64,000 bases of DNA from Eledone cirrhosa (Eukaryota): NCBI GenBank assembly GCA_964016885.1, contig OZ024741.1:318804001-318868000 (forward strand). Direction: 5' to 3'. The notes under the pieces are model-generated. The model searched no databases. It saw only the letters and a list, made by a program, of their open reading frames with translations, and was not told where the DNA came from. Every line of letters begins with the position of its first letter. Within the stretch, counting starts at the first letter, position 1. Of the stretch, positions 24,001 through 36,154 are shown in pieces. Both the position numbers and the translations under genes were made by a program.

Positions 24001-24497
24001 CTCTGGCCTGGCAGTGCTACCGAGGAGCCTTGCCAGTTCGGGATAAACTCTACAGGCATGGAGGTGCCGTCAACCGGGCATGTACGAGATGCGCGCAGGG
24101 CGACGAAACCGTCCTGCACGCACTCGTCCAGTGTCCGAAAATTGCTGACTTGTGGGTTTATGTCGAACACCTGCTGTCGCGTTTAGGACGGATCCGGCTA
24201 TCATCTGAGTCCATCGTGAGGATTGCCCCGCCCTCCTCCTTTAGCCGGGAAGGGCAGGCAGTTTTTATCTGTCTGGTGGCCATGGCGAAAGAGATAGTAT
24301 GGTGGACACGTTTGAAAGGGCTGAAGACGAGCACTTACCTCTTCGGTGATGCTCTGATTGACTTTTTCAAATTTCATTTGAAAAGGAAAATCAGAGTAGA
24401 GAGGGAAGTGCTCTCTTCCCAGCATTTTGTAGAAAGATGGGTGAGAGAAGCAAGAATGGCCCGAGTGAATGGGCCTACTCTGAGTATATATCTGTAA
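21078..24497 (+). CDS. Tx1-C ORF2 APE-RT (1139 aa, uninterrupted)
   Basis: NARGL, SETR, GDWN, YLDR, TDHK, KAFDRV, QGCPLS, YADD, CTRC..ETVLHALVQC. Confidence 0.95.
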   Translation: MTSLRIGSINARGLGSSWKQGHLLNDLRSLNIDVVAISETRISEARAFAPIFGSYDVYASPSRPGSGGGVAVLFRRGLDLAIRDIFLDPEGKLVVLDVTSGDGQAFRLVAVYAPTGAGRPDFFRRLETFLGTSRSLVLVGDWNGILDARWDCVGLADRGGGCKSHTNLLRRFELSDRYRLDFPNVPMWTWTNRIWSSRSYLDRVFCREIDRSSIGCPQFKIVSYTDHKFVICVLDLDRLHRRGPGYWKLNASLPARKAYRDRISELVKRALTGSIVNNKWWFALKRAIRIESIRFSKALAIEKNRAEGELVRKLDEALSKGIATDVLAAKLALDQFFNAKHEGCVVRARVRALRHEGTKAVQWARVAEARRGNKATIRSLVDHDGRMLLDPGQMCEAFQRHFAQLFGGSGEPGRGMDFSVYLDGLPRLSATEAKCCEKPITAAEVREAMTGCTRGKSPGLDGLPYELYVQMPDLFGGLLADVYCNWQQNGRIPSSVSRGAVALLRKDPNKGDNIDNFRPITLLNTEFKIWAKVLAKGLALVVGGLVGEAQTCAIPDRSIHDNLHLMRYIIERVAKEPGTGGSLINLDQSKAFDRVDHRYLAAVLRAAGFGPVFRGWIAAMHSDICSVVRVNGHLSEPFNIMRSVRQGCPLSSLLCVLTLEPLLHKLETLRGVPRELGCGRSVSAYADDVTVVVSNAKHIEAIGTTLREYEAVTGAMINQEKSVGLQLGTWRGRSMPSNSVVGRWTDGPVKLLGVWFGPDLQTDKNWDEVTSRVASLTQKWAERKLSLKGRAEVANAYIASVICYRLTVVPCPKPRLTALERLLFRFLWKGRATMVRRSICCQHPLRGGLGMPWLMMRRQAHRLRHLHLFLDGDQVWSPFARHVFPQLVSLTELQSWVKRRPRGSAWRLECLQALTALDQSGNVIGGNTTSAFYRGLVEGKSDDVLGETLGVDENQLANLFGRTFGPGPMDNFQKSLAWQCYRGALPVRDKLYRHGGAVNRACTRCAQGDETVLHALVQCPKIADLWVYVEHLLSRLGRIRLSSESIVRIAPPSSFSREGQAVFICLVAMAKEIVWWTRLKGLKTSTYLFGDALIDFFKFHLKRKIRVEREVLSSQHFVERWVREARMARVNGPTLSIYL

Positions 24498-24769
24498 ATT
24501 AAAGGTGGAAAACTGGGAGAGGGCACTTGCCTTGGTGGTCAGGGTCATTGTGGCTTTTTACTGGGCTTTCTCCACAAATGTCCCTCCGAAGTCTCCCCCC
24601 CTATTGGGGAATTTTTCATTGTTATTTTTTGTTACATCCTCTGTTTTTGTTTTTTACACGCAGAAATGCCCATTTGTACCGTCCTGCATTGTCCTGCACC
24701 GTCCTTAATGTCTACTTTATGTAAACCCTTGTGGTTAATAAAGAAATCATTATTATTATTATTACTATT

Positions 24770-24822
<53 letters not shown>

Positions 24823-24916
24823 CTTTATTATATGTTCCAGCCGACAAGCTGGGGCCTTGCTGAAGCACCGCCATTAAAGTGAACAATGTCCATGTATATA
24901 CAGTGTGATGTATATA

Positions 24917-25003
24917 CAGTGTGTCCCCAAAAATGTATACACACTTCAACAGCATTCTAATAAATATTGCCTGTATAGATAATTAAAGTTTGTATACACC
25001 CTG
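24917..25003. mobile_element. Short Tc1/mariner-like MITE; further copies ~52093-52183 and 53408-53505
   Basis: TA|cagtgtgtccccaaaaatgtatac...caccctg|TA; copy at 53408 has TIRs cagagtatcccgaaaaaatgta / tacatttttggggacatcctg with TA flanks. Confidence 0.7.
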
Positions 25004-25277
25004 TATATGTATACATACACATACACGTATATTTACATATATTTATATACAAGTGTGTAAGCATGTATTATACATGCATATATGTGTATGAATGCATAGC
25101 GTGTTTATATATATATATATATATATTAATCTGTTTACTTATTCCCCATCAGCTTATAATTATAATTGATTGCCTAATTGAGCATTCATTATGGGTTTTC
25201 AATTGTAAACGTTTGGGGCGAGAATTTCATCTACGGTAATTTTGTTTTCACGATGTACTGTTCAAATGAATGATTAG

Positions 25278-25558
25278 GTAGAGAGAGAGGGGGAAAGAGA
25301 GAGAGACAGGGAGAGGGGGAGGGACAGAGAGAGAGAGAGAGACAGAGAGACAGTGAGAGAGAGAGGAGTGTGTGTGTGTGTGTGTGTGCGTGTGTGTGTG
25401 TCTGCGTGTGTGTGTGTGTGTGTGCGTGAGTGTGTGTGTGTGTGTGCGAGAGAGAGAGAGTATGTGTGTGAGGGTGTCTATGTGGGTATGAGTGTGTGCA
25501 TCTGTGTGAGAGAGAGAGAGAGGGGGACTCTGTATGTGTGGATGTACGAGGGAGGGAA

Positions 25559-25592
<34 letters not shown>

Positions 25593-25885
25593 AGTGTGTA
25601 TGTGTGAATGAGTATGTGAGTGAGTGTGTAAATTAGTCTGTGTGTACGTGAGTCTGCCTGTGTGTGAGAGAGAAAGAGAGTGTGTATGTGTTTGAGTGTA
25701 TCTGTGTGTGAGTGCGCATGTGTGTGTGTGTGTGTGTGTGTGTATCTGTGTGAGGGAGAGACTGCGTACGTGTGTATGTGCGAGAGAGGGAAAGAGAGAG
25801 AGAGAGAGTGAGAGGGAGAAAGAGAGGGTGTGTGTGGGTGTGTGTGTGGGTGTGTGGGTGTGTGTGCGTGCGTGCGTGCATGCGC
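25278..25885. repeat. Degenerate (AG)n/(GT)n compound low-complexity tract
   Basis: Read directly. Confidence 0.9.
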
Positions 25886-26099
25886 GTTTAATAATATATC
25901 TATTTAGAAATACATAAAAAGCGAAAACTATTTTTGGTTTGCAGATGACACGAATTCGTACCGACATATTTTGTATTACGTTTATTCTCTACAAAATGGT
26001 GACTCCTCCTACTCCTACTCCCCCCCCCCCCCCCCAACACACACGCACAATCAACTTCATTAAGCAAAGATGGAATATGAATCAGTAATAAGCAGGTTC

Positions 26100-26215
26100 A
26101 TGATTGAAACTACCCAGTGCAGCAATATCGATGGGATTCGAACCCGTCGTACCCAATCCCAGTACTTGGAATTGCAAAGAGGTGCTTCCTCTTTCACCAT
26201 ATTCGGACAGTGAGA
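26100..26215 (-). other. tRNA-like remnant (SINE head or tRNA pseudogene)
   Basis: Minus strand tggtgaaagagga (A-box-like) and gggttcgaatccc (B box/T arm); no clean cloverleaf. Confidence 0.4.
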
Positions 26216-26294
26216 CTCTATTTGTGTGTGCGTGTATGTATATGTATATATATATATATATACACACTACACATACACACAAACGCACGCGCAC

Positions 26295-26331
<37 letters not shown>

Positions 26332-26472
26332 ACACGCACGCACATCAGGACTAATGATTTCCTTCAAATGAAACAGTTCTAGTCCTGTAGAAGCCATTTC
26401 TATATTGAATATTTATACTCTGCTATGCATTGAGTACCTTACTTACTGTGGTTACTCCCGATTAAACCCAGG

Positions 26473-26530
<58 letters not shown>

Positions 26531-26580
26531 GTATATATACACACATAGAGAGAGAGACAGGCAGACAGACAGATAGATAA

Positions 26581-26648
<68 letters not shown>

Positions 26649-26664
26649 TTAGATAGATAGATAT

Positions 26665-27106
26665 GTTTCTTTATTAGCCACAGGGGTACAAAAGAAGGGG
26701 ACAAATACAAAGAGGGAAATTTACATACAATAAAAACGTATAAAATGCTATCACAAATGCAATTTAAAAATTAATCGATTTTCCCCAATAGGGGGAGACA
26801 TTTCATATGGGTAACACATACTCCTGAAAAAATGTGCAACCCTCATCTCCAGGAGTACGAAGAGTTTGTACCCCTTTCCTCTCTTCCTCTTTTTCCTCAA
26901 CTTACAGGCTGATATAGAGAGAAGGCCCATTCACTCGGGCCATTCTCGCCACTTTCACCCACCTTTCATAAAACTTGCTGGGGTACAACACCTCTCTCTC
27001 CATCCTGATTCTTCTTCCAAAGTGGTATTTGAAAAAAAGAATCAGTTGTTGGTCGGAGAGAAAGGTGTCTGACCTCAGCCCTTTTAACCTCGTCCACCAT
27101 ACAACC
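26665..27106 (-). mobile_element. 5'-truncated Tx1 3' fragment (copy D, close to A) in (GATA)n
   Basis: VVWWTRLKGLRS...YHFGRRIRMEREVL...ARMARVNGPSLY; 3'UTR with AATAAA; agatagatag on both sides. Confidence 0.92.
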
Positions 27107-27189
27107 AGATAGATAGACACGTTGCTGATAGTGTGTGCTGGAATCACATATGAATAACCTAAATAGACTGAAGAGGTCAGCAGAAAGTG

Positions 27190-27236
<47 letters not shown>

Positions 27237-27250
27237 CTCTCTTTCTCTTA

Positions 27251-27281
<31 letters not shown>

Positions 27282-27653
27282 TGTATCTATGTATATAAAG
27301 AGAGAGAGAGAACGATACAGACAGACAGAGAGAGAGCGAAGCTGTGTGTAACAATCTCAGGTTCTGTTAGACAGCTCGCTAATTAGATCAAATAGGTAGA
27401 AACAATCAATTGTGCTACTGCTGTTTCACAGTTGTCATGTTTGCTCTCTGTTTATTCACTGTTCTATTCGATTGTGTTTTCTCATCAACATTCTGATTCT
27501 TCTATTCTTATATTCTTTTACATATATCGGTCAATAAACCGCGGTCATGCTGGGCCATCACCTTCTAGTGATTTAGCCGATCATGTCGATTCCAGGACAT
27601 ATACATACATACATACATACATACATACATACATACATACATACATACATACA

Positions 27654-27685
<32 letters not shown>

Positions 27686-27731
27686 CCATATATACATACA
27701 TATATATATTGTGCTTGTATAAATATATATT

Positions 27732-28147
<416 letters not shown>

Positions 28148-28749
28148 ACGTCCATACTCTTACCATGTATGCACCAGCTTAGGTTTCGTGGCCATACATA
28201 TATATACAGCAAAGATACACACGAGAGAAAAACGAAACAAGTGGGACAAATGAACAAAAGCTTCAACTTCTTCTTCAGCCACCCCCTGGGCAATGCAATT
28301 TCTTGCATAAAGGTGGCATTGCATAATACCAAATCCAGATTGCACGATGGCTTAAAACAAGTCGCCGGAAAGATGCATAAGAGACATCACAAGAAGGAGG
28401 AGGAGGGGGAGGAGGAGGAGGAGGAGGAGGAGGAGGAGGAGAAGAAGAAGAAGAAGAAGAAGAAGAAGAAGAAGAAGAAGAAGAAGAAGAAGAAGAAGAA
28501 GAAGAAGAAGAAATCGGTAACAGATCAACATATATAATGTAACTGACGACGTGTCTCAAGCAAAAGATAACGCTGAAATCATTGCGAAATTTTAAACACA
28601 TTCGTATTAACTTGAGCTCCAAACACCAGTTAAATATTGAACAATTTAATTATTTTACAAATTCTCGAAAGGATGAAAGACAAATCTTATCTAGGCGTGA
28701 GTTGCTCTCAGTGCGTAAAGAGCCGTGACAAATGCTCTTTAAAGCAATT

Positions 28750-29080
28750 AATAATTATTTCTACATTTGGTAAAAAGCCAGCAATTTGAAAAGGAATGGA
28801 AGGTCGATTATATCGACACCTGTGCGTTACTGACATTTTATTTTATCGATCCCGTAAGGATGAAAGACAAAGCTTACCTCGGCGGTAATTGAACACAGAA
28901 CGTAAAAGCAGTGGTTAATACTCGCGAAAACATTTAATAATTGTTTCTACATTTGGCACAAGACCAACAATTTTAAGAAAGGGGGAAATTCGATTAAATC
29001 GATCCCAGTGCGTTCCTAATACTTTATATTATCGACCCGTAACGATGAAAGGCAAAGTTATCCTCGACGGGATTTGAACT
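28750..29080 (-). mobile_element. Two degenerate SINE family 1 copies
   Basis: ttttatcgaccc..aaggatgaaaggcaaagtt..cctcggcgggatttgaac variants. Confidence 0.75.
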
Positions 29081-29279
29081 TAATACTCTTGAAAGCATTT
29101 AATAACAGAATTAATATATTAGTTCTTTTCTTGGTCATTCTATTGAGTTCATAACAAACTTAGTCTGTCCTGAGCTCAGAGGTTCATCAGGTCGTATTTT
29201 ATTCCGTTTGTAAAAGACTCCACTCCGTCGCAGAGTTAAAACCTGCTGCTGCTGCTGCTGCTGCTGCTCCTGCCATTGA

Positions 29280-29670
29280 TTTACTGAAGCAGCTCGAAAT
29301 GAAGTGTCTTGCTCAAGATCACAACGCACCGGTCGGTCAGGAGATCGAAACCACAACCACCTAGTCGTTTCTTACAGTGGTATATCAAGGTGTGTGGGAG
29401 GTGTCGGCTCCTACGATGAATGTTCCAGGTGTTCGAACAACGGAACAGCGTGCTCGTGAACTGAACGTGCAAATTGCTCAGCATTCCACAGACATGTGAA
29501 CCCTTAACGTAGTACTCAGGGACACCCAACGTAGCAGAATGTATGATAGGACTGGTCCTTTGATCCAAACGTACAACTCCTTTATGTCAGAGGGGATTGG
29601 GACAACTTGAAATAAAGTGTCTTGCCCAAGGACATAATGCGCTAACCACTAAGCTACGCGCCTTAACAGG
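29280..29670. mobile_element. Fragments of a second tRNA-derived SINE family (family 2)
   Basis: aagtgtcttgctcaag..cacaacgc (reverse complement of gcgttgtg..cttgagcaagacactt); related to 55297-55535(-) and 59737-60030(+). Confidence 0.6.
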
Positions 29671-29977
29671 CAGATCAAAGTATAACTTAATTAGTGTATC
29701 TTTAGGAATAGATGACATCGTTTGAAATTATTACGAAATCTTTGAAGTACACTTGTACTAATTGTTTTATTCTTTTACTGTTTCACTGGTTTCATTTATT
29801 AGAATGTCGTTGACGCCGTACATCGTCTTGAAAGGATTTTAGTCCGTCGTTTCAATTCCACTAATTATTTTTCAATTCTTGTACTTATCTTATCGACCTC
29901 TTTTTACCGAAGGGCTACGTTATGGCACATAAACACATACACAGACAACCGCACGCACTCACGCACGCACACACACA

Positions 29978-30089
<112 letters not shown>

Positions 30090-30437
30090 CATTAAAAATA
30101 AGCTTGTATCAATTCAGTTGATGTTTCAAATACGATTTCATTTAGGATTGAAGTTTCTTTGTCAAGAAAATCCATTCTAAGAGCTTTCTGATTTAGCATT
30201 AAAACTACTTATTCTGTCGCATTCAAATGTTAATGTGGAAATATTTTTTTAATGTCAAGAATATTGTTCATTCAAAATTGAGCTAACCTATGATTTAAAC
30301 ATTACAGAGAGAATTTCTCCGTGCAATATGTGCATATCGTATATGTTTAAAGACATTCAGAGGAATTGTATCCGGAAAATATGGTCTAAAGCGGAATGAT
30401 AAATGCCGCATGTGTTACAATTTGGGAAAATTAGGAA

Positions 30438-30815
30438 GAATAGAGGACTGTAACCTATAGCAACAATAAAGGACTGTAACCAATAGTAATAGTAGAGGAC
30501 CGTAGCCTATAGTAACAATAGAAGACTATAGCCTATAGTAACAGTAGATGAATGTAACCTATAGTAATAATTGTTTCTACTTTGAGCACAAGGCCAGCAT
30601 TTATCCCAGTGTATTACTGGTACTTTATTTTATCGACCCCGTAAGGGTGAAAGGCAAAGTTAACCTCGGCGGGATTTGAACTCAGAATGGCAAGGCCTGT
30701 AACTCTATGCGTCAAAGCATGGTGCCCGACCCTCTACCGTAATAATACAGGACTGGAAGCTATAGTAACAATAGGGAACTGTAGCCTATATTAACAATGG
30801 GGGATAGTAACCTGA
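30438..30815. repeat. ~26-bp minisatellite (aatagaggactgtaacctatagtaac) interrupted by a SINE family 1 copy (30569-30738, minus)
   Basis: Units on both sides of the SINE; gtaataat duplicated at the junctions. Confidence 0.8.
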
Positions 30816-32551
30816 CTCTAGAATAAAAGGTTGATAAGTTTTACATTCCGGAAAATGGTGTTTATTTAGAAGTCTTCGATTTTGATTAAATATATAAGGT
30901 AAGTCAATCATGTTTGTGTCTTCTAAAAATCTATTTTCAATGTTTAATCAGCAATGTCTTCTAGCTTACCAATGCTCGCCCATTATTCTAATTTTTTTTT
31001 TAATTTTAGGTTTTAATGTCTTTTAATAAAATTTTTTGTTTTAATGTCTTTTAATAAAATTTTGCGTTTTTTACACATGTTGGTCCTAATTTAACGTGTT
31101 TACCCTTAAAAAACTTGGCAATACAGTCAATAAATACAACCATTAATCTCATATGATGATGATGATGGTGGTGGCGGTGGTGTCGGCGGCAGTGGCGGCG
31201 GCGGTGGCGGCGGCGGCGGTTGATTTAATGCCAGTGAAATTAGATAGAATTGTATGGCATATCTTTGCAGAATAGTTTTTTGTAATGTCTGCTGTGAAAT
31301 TATAAAAGAACAAATATTTGTTCATACGATTTTCTCCCTCTTCTAAATTGAATGCATCAGACATTTTTATTTAATGACATTTAAGATTAGTGTGTCAGTT
31401 AGTTTGTCACGAACGTGTTTCTTCATATTCTCTAGAATCTTCCTCCTGTTTCACCAATCAACTTGCCATTCAAGGGTGGTTTACAAAAATAAAATAATAT
31501 GCTAAGGGGTATATAAAGGGTATATAAGACAAGTCGCTAAAATAACTTTAAATACGGCTTTGAATTCATTCGAAACATTGGAATATATATACCATCAAGG
31601 TGTGAGACAATTTATAAGGTGTATTGATATCAGAAAGTGATCAGGGCTTGGGTTGGCCGAATAATTAAAGTGTCGGACAAATACTTAGCAGTATTTGATC
31701 GGGCTCTTTACGTTCTGAGTTCAAATCCCACCGAGGTCAACTTTGCCTTTTATCCTTCTGGGGTCGATAAAATAAAGTACTAGTAAGGAACTGAGTCAAA
31801 TTGTTGGTTTTGTGTCAAAATTAGCTATCCCGATATTAAAAGGTGGCCGGATTGACAGAGTCGTTAATGCAGTGAATATTTGTTCCGGCTCTTTATGTTC
31901 TGAAGTCGATAAAGAAAATAGAAAAAAAAAACACGTATGTTAAAAAAAAATCCATATATAAATGTGCTTATGTAGGTCGATGCTTTGGAGGAGGCATAAG
32001 GTCAGCTTTTCTGGAAGTTGAAGAGGGTCGATAAAGAGAGTGATAGTAGTAGAGGTTAGAATGTTCTCCTTTACATTAAGTGGTGCAGTTTCATGTGAAA
32101 CAGGACGTTAAATGTTTTACAACGATTTTGAACTTTTTAAAAATATTTCCTTACCGCGTGTATTAAAAAGTACATTATTTAAAACCATGTAAGATGCGAG
32201 TCGAATTATCAAGAAAAACATGTTTCCTTACCACGTATGTTTATATATATATATATATATAAACAGGGGGTCCACGGTAGCATTACAAGAGCCCACAGTA
32301 GCATTGCAGGGCCCACTGTAGTATTTTAGGGACCAATGCTTTGCTTTCAAAAAATACCTGAAATCTAAGAGAAAGAATAATTTATTTTTTAAATAAATAA
32401 AACAATTAAGGAAAGCATTTTTTCAACTAATTCCCCAGGGAATTACTAGAAGCCAAAATATACGATAATGTAAATAGCTGGAATCAGTGGTTGTACATTC
32501 TACTAAATCTAAAACTTTCATTCGTGCATGCAAACATACATATACAAACAT

Positions 32552-32607
<56 letters not shown>

Positions 32608-32780
32608 ATAGATAGATATATTGATAGATATATTGATAGATAGATATATTGATAGATAGATATATAGATATATAGATATATATACATTTATATACTTACA
32701 CTCGCACTACTGACCAAATCATATTTGGTATCAATGGGTTAAAGACATTTGTCAAATCAATATTAGTGGTGAAGGTGGTG

Positions 32781-32853
<73 letters not shown>

Positions 32854-32989
32854 CGGAGGAGTTGTGGTAAGGAACCAGATGGACCATAACGCACCAGAGT
32901 ACTCAATACTTAGGATAGTAGAGTGGGTAATAGGAGAAAGTATGACCCCGACGGCAGAGCTCAAGCCGTTTCGACGGTTATTTCTGGAC

Positions 32990-33053
<64 letters not shown>

Positions 33054-33112
33054 GGGGGGGAGATAGATAGATAGATTCACACACACACACACTCACACAC
33101 ATACACACACAC

Positions 33113-33150
<38 letters not shown>

Positions 33151-33194
33151 TGAGTGAGTGTGAAAGGCGAAAGGTCATTATTGAAAGTCTCTGG

Positions 33195-33377
33195 GTGGTG
33201 GATTGGCAGCATCAGTAGAGGGTCGGACGCCATGCTTTCCAGCATAGTTACGTCCCTTTACGATCTGAGTTCAAATCCCGCCGAGGTTGACTTTGCCTTT
33301 CATCCTTACGGGGTCGATAAAATAAAGTACCAGTAATGCACTGGGTAATTACTGGCCTTGTGCCAAAAGTAGAAACA
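33195..33377 (+). mobile_element. SINE family 1 with 18-bp TSD
   Basis: attattgaaagtctctgg at ~33177-33194 and ~33378-33395. Confidence 0.92.
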
Positions 33378-33391
33378 ATTATTGAAAGTCT

Positions 33392-35080
33392 CTGGATTTC
33401 GCAAAATACATAATTTTTATTGGAGAAGGTAAGATATTTTGCCGCAAAAATAATTTCATTGCACTGTTTTGTTTCCACATATGTTTTTTTTTTAATGTTA
33501 TTTACTCATTATACAAATTAAATGATAGCAATCTATATGTAGGTGGACCCCCTTCATCTGGCAACCAATATTTTTAGACCTAGTCCGTCACTGTATATAT
33601 ATATATATATTCTCTCTCCCCCTTTTTATCCAAATAATTTATTTTAGTTATTGATCGCACTAGGTTAAGATACCTTGTCTCTAACGCGAAGAATTATCGA
33701 TGATTCCTAGCAGACAACTGATGATGGATAATACCCTCTTTCGCCCGTAACTTTTTATTTTCATTATATATATATAATGCCAATCACTGTAAGTTTGAAT
33801 CTAAAACATGCAAAAACATATCTATAAAAATAAAGTAAGCCCAAATAATAGTATATTCACAGAGAGAAAGGGAGGGGGGATAAATGAGGTGGAACAGAAA
33901 TGAAATATGGATTACAGGTTAAAATGTAGTCTAGATGGATGAGAAACAAAACGAGGATGTAGTTTATGGAACACCCAAATGATTTAGAAGTCGACCTCAA
34001 GTAGGAGCAATAACATTAAGAAAGGCATGAATGAAACCACAACACTTTGTTTTGAAAATGTTGAAAGTAGGTTTATAAGTATGAATTTTCATAAGATTTT
34101 CGTAGTTGTCTCTGTGGCCTAGCAGTAGGTACTAGAGGGGGTGGAGATCCTAACCTTGGGTTCAATCCTGGTCAAGAGGTACATATAACCTTTTTCAGTT
34201 TTTATTTTGTAAATAAACTGAAAAGGTTTACCGGGAAACCTACTCCCGACTAGGATCGAACTTCAGACCAGGATCACCACCGTCTATGATTCCTCCAACT
34301 AGGCCGCCGACACAGCTACAAAAGTATAATGAAAATTGATAAACCTACTTTCAAAATCAACCTTATAAAGATGTGGTGTCGTTCTTGGCTTTCCTAGAGC
34401 TATTAGTAATACTAGCAGAAAACCACCCGAAGTGTGCATATTGATATTATACGCAAGTATATATGCATGTTGATATGATACCTCAAATAAATTCGTAATT
34501 GACAATATACACAGAAATAGAACGAAGACTGCGTTACACTCTCTTATGTAATCAGTAACGTAATCCATGATACATTAAAAAAAGACGATATTATATATAT
34601 AAACTGCATTAGGAGAAAATTAGTGACGGAAATATATGAATGTTTATTTAAGCGATCACTAACCGGGTGTGTTGACATTTGAAAATTTTAAAGAAGTGAA
34701 TCTTTAAATAAGCAATAAAATATATTTAATCAACAGCTACGAAATTTAATAGATAAATTATGTAATATTCATTCATTATTTATTCAAAGTAATCCAACTT
34801 ATTTTACGAACTGGATTAAAAGAAATAAACCGTACGCAGTCCCGCACTCCTTACTTTATTATAGTTTAGATTTAGGGTCGACTTCTGATCATTATTGATT
34901 TGGATTTCGCAAAATACATAATATTGGAGAAGGTAAGATATTTTTGATTGCACTGTTTTGTTTCCACTTATGTATTTTTCGAAAATGTTATTTATTCATG
35001 ATAAAAATTAAATGATAGTATTCTATATGTAGGTGGGACCCCTTCATCTCCTGGCAACCAATATTTTTAAACCTAGTCCA

Positions 35081-35085
<5 letters not shown>
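33392..35085. repeat. Two direct copies (33392-33593, 34901-35085) of a ~190-bp dispersed repeat, possibly a DNA transposon end
   Basis: tggatttcgcaaaatacata...ggcaaccaatatttt..acctagtcc..cact in both. Confidence 0.7.
34015..34400. repeat. Imperfect palindrome whose arms each contain a tRNA-like A/B box unit
   Basis: ttgaaagtaggttta...gtagttgtctctgtggcctag...ggttcaatcctggtc...aaccttttcagtt mirrored by aactgaaaaggtt...gactaggatcgaac...ctaggccgccgacacagctac...taaacctactttcaa. Confidence 0.7.
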
Positions 35086-35166
<81 letters not shown>

Positions 35167-35675
35167 CACACACACACATATATATATATATATAAAAAGA
35201 AGTAAGTCCATAGAAACATTAGATAAAATATATACAGTATTTCGTCTCCCAATCAGTATAAATTAACAACACAAAAAATCATTTAAACGAGGCTATAAGT
35301 TTAAAATATACTTATGAAGAAATAATAGATAAATAAATGATAGCTTTTTATCCGCGATTCTCAGCCACAGAAAATTTACCTAGTATTTCTGATAGCCTGT
35401 AGAAATTGACCAGATATATAGTTAACCATACATAATTAGGTACAATATATATATATATAAACAAGTTTAAATGAGTTGATAATACAACCATATAAAGGCA
35501 AAGAAGATAAGAACATGTTAAAGCTCAATGTGATTTTATAGTCCACAGCAAGATAGGTAAAAAAAACAGTTCAGAGTGTAATCCAATCAGTAAATATTCA
35601 ATCACATTGCTGTTACAATCTCACAGGGCATATACTTATGAAGAATAAATATTAACAAGGATTTTAATTGAATCA

Positions 35676-35752
35676 TTTAATTAATTTACAACCGTTTCGT
35701 TAGACTAACAAAAATATTCCATGTTAGAATAAACTCATCAGAATCGATTAAA
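35676..35752 (-). ncRNA. Type I hammerhead ribozyme motif
   Basis: Minus strand: tttaatcgatt-CTGATGA-gtt..ctaaca..tgttag..aac-GAAA-cggttg-TA^aattaattaaa; intact core, GUA site, quasi-palindromic stem III. Confidence 0.7.
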
Positions 35753-36154
35753 GACAAATAATCTATAACCTACATGCCCATGGATTCCAGTGGAAGAGCG
35801 AAAATATTAACAATAACATTCAAATATTGTTGGAAAACGTTAAAATTTATAGAATCCTAAAGACATGCTTAAAATTTAGTGATAAAAATGTAAAATATAA
35901 CGTTCTGTAACAATACATATTTTACGAACTATCATACATTGATATACATCTGTTACCCACTAAATTAGAGTTACAGGTATACAATTAAAAGTGCAATTAC
36001 ACTTATTAACTGAAGTTATAAAATTAATATTAATAGAATAGACTAAGAAAAAGAATATAAATTTATGGAGGCATACAACAGTAATAAATATATGTATAAT
36101 AAAGTGAAGTTTTAAAGGTTTAGAGACGAAGAGACATATATATATATACACACA

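Larger units (their letters stand above)
18722..24748 (+). mobile_element. Tx1/L1-clade element copy C, apparently full length, flanked on both sides by (ATT)n
   Basis: (att)n 18696-18721 upstream; 3' end ggttAATAAAgaaatc then (att)n. Confidence 0.93.

Noticed and set aside
2478-24548. Many minus-strand and alternate-frame ORFs over the Tx1 elements
   Set aside because: Shadows of GC-rich LINE ORFs; similarity among them just reflects element homology
27168-27192. CTGAAGA...GAAA string
   Set aside because: No stem II pairing
30438-30815. CRISPR-like periodicity
   Set aside because: Contiguous tandem units without unique spacers, no cas genes, eukaryotic context
33718-33755. CTGATGA box
   Set aside because: No GAAA with paired stem II/III downstream
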